From positions 156,331 through 175,399 of the forward strand of contig CP070761.1 in the NCBI GenBank assembly GCA_020348985.1: a stretch of 19,069 nt of DNA, read 5' to 3'. The notes below the pieces were generated by a model. That model did not search any database. It was not told the origin of the DNA and worked only from the letters and a program-made list of their open reading frames with translations. This document shows positions 16,213-19,069 of this stretch, piece after piece. Position 1 is the first letter of the stretch; every line of letters begins with the position of its first letter. This DNA comes from Candidatus Thorarchaeota archaeon. Lineage in GTDB: Archaea; Asgardarchaeota; Thorarchaeia; Thorarchaeales; Thorarchaeaceae. The position numbers and the translations under genes are program-made.

Positions 16213-17055
16213 TTGAATCTCTTGACTGACAAACTGAAGCATGGCTTGTTGTTCCCCAATGGGGGGAAAAACCTCGGACCATTGGAACTGGCTGATGCGG
16301 CCGTCGAAGCAGAAAAGGCGGGTTGGGATGGGTTCTTCATTTGGGACAATCTTGTTAATCTAGATCCTACCGTGTCTCTAACCGCAATCGGACTGAAGAC
16401 CAAGAAGATGAAGTTTGGCCCCATGGTGACTGCAGTCGCCCGAAGAAGACCATGGAAACTGGCGAGGGAAACAGTGGATTTGGATCATCTTTCCAGTGGT
16501 AGGTTAATCTTCGGTGCTGGATTGGGTGACGAGACTGCTTACGATCCCTATGGAGAAGACAGCAATAGTGCAATCCGTGCTCAGAAGCTAGATGAAGGAC
16601 TAGACATTCTTGATGGTCTGTGGTCTGGCGAGAAGTTCAGCTACGATGGCAAACACTATCAAATCAAGGAAGTTCAATCTCGATCTACTCCAATACAGAA
16701 GCCACGCATTCCGATCTGGATTGGTGGACTATGGCCCAACAAGGGTCCATTTCGAAGAGCTGCTCGCTGGGACGGCATAATGCCACATACCGTTCGATCA
16801 GTGCAACTCGGTGAGCAACTGACACATCAAGAAGTGAAGGACCTGATGTCATACATAGAAGAACACAGAAGGGGATCGATGGACGATTTCAGTTTGGTCA
16901 TGTTGAGCAGCACACCAAACAAGGAACATGCTGATGAGATCATTTCTCCATTTGTTGAGATTGGAGCCAAGTGGTGGTGCGAAAGCGTGTTTGAATGGCA
17001 GATTCCGTTGGATGACGCAGTTGCTAGAATCAAGCTGGGACCGCCATCAATCTAG
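16213..17055 (+). CDS. LLM class (luciferase-like) flavin/F420-dependent oxidoreductase
   Basis: AEKAGWDGFFIWD, DPTVSL, GPMVTAVARRRPWKLARETVDLDHLSSGRLIFGAGLG, PIQKPRIPIWIGG. Confidence 0.93.
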   Translation: MNLLTDKLKHGLLFPNGGKNLGPLELADAAVEAEKAGWDGFFIWDNLVNLDPTVSLTAIGLKTKKMKFGPMVTAVARRRPWKLARETVDLDHLSSGRLIFGAGLGDETAYDPYGEDSNSAIRAQKLDEGLDILDGLWSGEKFSYDGKHYQIKEVQSRSTPIQKPRIPIWIGGLWPNKGPFRRAARWDGIMPHTVRSVQLGEQLTHQEVKDLMSYIEEHRRGSMDDFSLVMLSSTPNKEHADEIISPFVEIGAKWWCESVFEWQIPLDDAVARIKLGPPSI

Positions 17056-17074
17056 TCCTCCCAACAACATCACG

Positions 17075-17107
17075 AGAGAACTCAGAAAGCCATTCTGAAG
17101 GTTCTCT
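17075..17107. terminator. Long hairpin between convergent genes
   Basis: AGAGAAC-TCAGAA-AGCCA-TTCTGA-AG-GTTCTCT, extendable by AACATC/GATGTC. Confidence 0.55.
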
Positions 17108-17114
17108 GGGATGT

Positions 17115-17290
17115 CTATAGTAGCTTCTCCAGCAACTCAGATGTATCTTCAACATACTTAGAGCAATTGTCAAAGGCTCCGGTTTTGAATGCCTGGCTAA
17201 CATCCTCATCCGAAATCAGATCATGGTTGATCAATTCTCTACAGATTGTAGACCCGTGAAGAGACTCGAATCCGTTCAATTCAACAACAA
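17115..17290 (-). pseudogene. C-terminal remnant of a C-GCAxxG-C-C family gene
   Basis: FESLHGSTICRELINHDL...FDNCSKYVEDTSELLEKLL matches the family C-terminus; no CGAxxG motif in the upstream frame; 5' boundary approximate. Confidence 0.65.
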
Positions 17291-17496
17291 TGCTTACCTG
17301 CATCAGCCAAACATTGTTCGAAATGTGGGTCATGGTATCAGCTATATTACCTGTTCCAATCTCAGATATGGGATAGCTGGTAGGTGTCAAGACTCCTGCT
17401 ATTGATTCAGTTATTTCAATGGCTAGTCAGGTATTACAACAGGATTTTCGAGCTATTGGACGAACTATTGATTCCCTTGGAATTGAATTGAGTGTT

Positions 17497-18066
17497 CTAG
17501 ATAAACTTCCAAAGTATGTATTTCCGATCTTCAATCTGGAGAAGGAATGTCTGACTTACTTTGAGTCTGGAAATGGTTTCAATCTCCCTTTCTGAGGGTC
17601 CTATTCCCAACATATACCAATTTTCATAGGGCCATTCTCTCTTAAACCATTTAGGCAATTCCTCTAGCAATTTCTCGTATAGATTTAGCTTTCGAGCTGT
17701 CGGTGTTATCCAAAAAGAAAAACCAGGATCATTTTCTTGTATTTGCAGATCTTCAAAGATTCTGTCATTAAAGAATGCAAACTTCAGAAATGGAACTACT
17801 GGTCTAATGTAAATGCACCCATAGCATTCTGTTTCATCAACATCAAGAATTGTAAAAGTAAATTCCTTTTTCATATCATGATCTTTTTCGTGAGCTGTTA
17901 ATTCCTTGAGATTCGCTTCTTTGGGGAATCCTTCTGGTCTGAATCCACTTTCAATTGCAGCCTTATAGTCAATTTCATTGTCGCTTGCTCTCAATGGGCG
18001 AATCTTTACTTCTCCAAAAATCACTTCTTCAGGAATGGATTGATTTGGGGGGAAGAATTCATTCAT
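17497..18066 (-). CDS. GNAT-like (RimJ/RimL-related) acetyltransferase-fold protein
   Basis: IRPLRASDNEIDYKA, NLKELTAHEKD..EFTFTILDVDETECYGCIYIRP, SFWI, WFKREWPY. Confidence 0.72.
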   Translation of the reverse strand: MNEFFPPNQSIPEEVIFGEVKIRPLRASDNEIDYKAAIESGFRPEGFPKEANLKELTAHEKDHDMKKEFTFTILDVDETECYGCIYIRPVVPFLKFAFFNDRIFEDLQIQENDPGFSFWITPTARKLNLYEKLLEELPKWFKREWPYENWYMLGIGPSEREIETISRLKVSQTFLLQIEDRKYILWKFI

Positions 18067-18117
18067 GCACCGATTCCGATTTCTAAGAAATATCAGCATT
18101 ACTTTCAAAGCAAGAGA

Positions 18118-18164
18118 AATTCTGAAAAAGAAATGAAGAAGGATTTTGAAACTCCTTCAGAATT
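18118..18164 (-). terminator. Hairpin followed by a U-rich tract on the minus strand
   Basis: GAAGGA/TCCTTC stem then TTCATTTCTTTTT on minus; alternative pairing AATTCTGAA/TTCAGAATT. Confidence 0.35.
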
Positions 18165-18388
18165 ATAGACTTTTCAATTCCGTGTTCGAATACTGAACGA
18201 TAATCAATCTGTGACTCAACAGTTTCACTTGGATTTCAATTAAAGTCCAAGGAATGGAACGACCTCTTCATGGGTGATTCTCAGCTCAATCCATATACTG
18301 GACCCAGAATCCATCTTATCTCCAATTGTTTTGATAGGAGTAATTTCATGGTCGTTGGGCACATTGAATATGAGATGGTAAAATACAA

Positions 18389-18754
18389 TCAACTAAATTG
18401 CTCTCTTCTATTTGGAAGTTGCAGATATGTTGCGACGATAATGCTGACTGCTAGCAGGAAGTAGTTGTCTAAGCTCATGGAATCGATGATTATGTTAAAG
18501 ATCACCTGAGCTGGAAATCCAATCTGAAGAATAAGCCGAGCCCAATTCTTCAGGTTCCACAGTCCATAGAAGAGCGTCAAACCGATCATTCCACCAAAGA
18601 GGAGCAGTACTCCGCAGTAGACTCCTATGGTAGTATGTGCAGATGGGATTGCGATGTAACCCAACACCATCATGCCGCCATAATAGAAGTCCATGCAGAA
18701 GGAAATCATCATAAAGATTGCAAACAAGTAGACTCCAGTTGGTTTGTCAAGAAT
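18389..18754 (-). CDS. Four-TM membrane protein, start codon uncertain (possible ATT at 18754)
   Basis: DKPTGVYLFAIF...YGLWNLKNWARL...IIVATYLQLP; GAGGAGG SD 10 nt before an in-frame ATT; first standard start is TTG 18727. Confidence 0.7.
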   Translation of the reverse strand: MLDKPTGVYLFAIFMMISFCMDFYYGGMMVLGYIAIPSAHTTIGVYCGVLLLFGGMIGLTLFYGLWNLKNWARLILQIGFPAQVIFNIIIDSMSLDNYFLLAVSIIVATYLQLPNRREQFS

Positions 18755-18771
18755 CGGATCGAAGCCTCCTC

Positions 18772-19068
18772 TTATTTGGGATTGTCCAGAGTAATTATGA
18801 CATGTCCCTTCTTCTGTCCAGATTCGACATACCTGTGAGCCTCGGTAGCCTGTTCAAACGGATAGATTTTGTCGATGAATGATCTCATCTTTCCAGCTTC
18901 AATGAGTTCTCTAAGGAAGATTAGATTTTCATTTGTATCTTCTACGAGTCCCATTATTGCTTTCTTGGTACTTCTCCGGTTAAGCCATGCCATTCTAAGA
19001 ATGCGTCCTAGTCCAAAAGTCGCAAAAAGATAGATGCCTGTTTCCTTGAGCGATTTCACGCAACGTGA
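18772..19068 (-). CDS. NAD(P)-dependent MDR/zinc-type alcohol dehydrogenase-like oxidoreductase, 5'-partial
   Basis: [14 protein letters not shown]...[46 protein letters not shown]; frame open to the window end. Confidence 0.9.
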   Translation of the reverse strand, partial: SRCVKSLKETGIYLFATFGLGRILRMAWLNRRSTKKAIMGLVEDTNENLIFLRELIEAGKMRSFIDKIYPFEQATEAHRYVESGQKKGHVIITLDNPK

Positions 19069-19069
19069 A

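Noticed and set aside
17066-17116. SECIS-like hairpin after the LLM gene
   Set aside because: It has ACGA rather than AUGA, no correctly placed 3' GA, and the LLM gene has no in-frame TGA; a terminator explains it better.
17391-17460. In-frame TGA (KSCCNT*LAI) upstream of the C-GCAxxG-C-C remnant as possible Sec
   Set aside because: No start codon between it and the upstream gene, the CGAxxG core is still missing on read-through, and the downstream hairpin lacks SECIS features.
18165-18388. Short or frameshifted minus-strand ORF after a GGAGAT SD (MDSGSSIWIELRITHEEVVPFLGL)
   Set aside because: 24 codons with no recognisable similarity; cannot be told from noise.
1-19069. CRISPR arrays, tRNA/rRNA genes, transposases or integrases
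   Set aside because: No spaced direct repeats, cloverleaf-like sequence or mobile-element ORFs seen; nearly all intergenic gaps are short.

Overview
Gene-dense prokaryotic window with archaeal signals (TATA boxes about 25 nt before starts, GGAG/GAGGTG Shine-Dalgarno sites, a crenarchaeal-type SSB OB fold). An Asgard (Thorarchaeota-like) origin is an inference from gene style, not proven. It holds about 24 mostly metabolic genes; I found no rRNA, tRNA, CRISPR array or transposase. (1) A tungsten aldehyde:ferredoxin oxidoreductase (AOR, absent from the ORF track because it runs off the left edge) stays open past the normal AOR C-terminus into what looks like the N-terminus of an acyl-CoA ligase. 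It lies divergent from a MoaD/SAMP with a capped GG terminus and two SCP2-like genes. (2) An arsenosugar-type set: ArsS-like radical SAM plus TIGR04282-like and TIGR04283-like transferases, with no recognisable arsM. (3) A phytoene-desaturase-family oxidoreductase with a GbsR/MarR-like regulator. (4) A GNAT acetyltransferase fused to an SSB-type OB fold. (5) An orphan EutA-like ATPase with a ~200 aa Zn-ribbon extension, near a histidine phosphatase and an RdhA/QueG-like Fe-S protein. (6) Cupin, LLM oxidoreductase, a C-GCAxxG-C-C gene remnant, an AT-rich GNAT-like gene, a membrane protein and a partial MDR-family oxidoreductase. All family calls come from motif recognition by eye; no searches were run.
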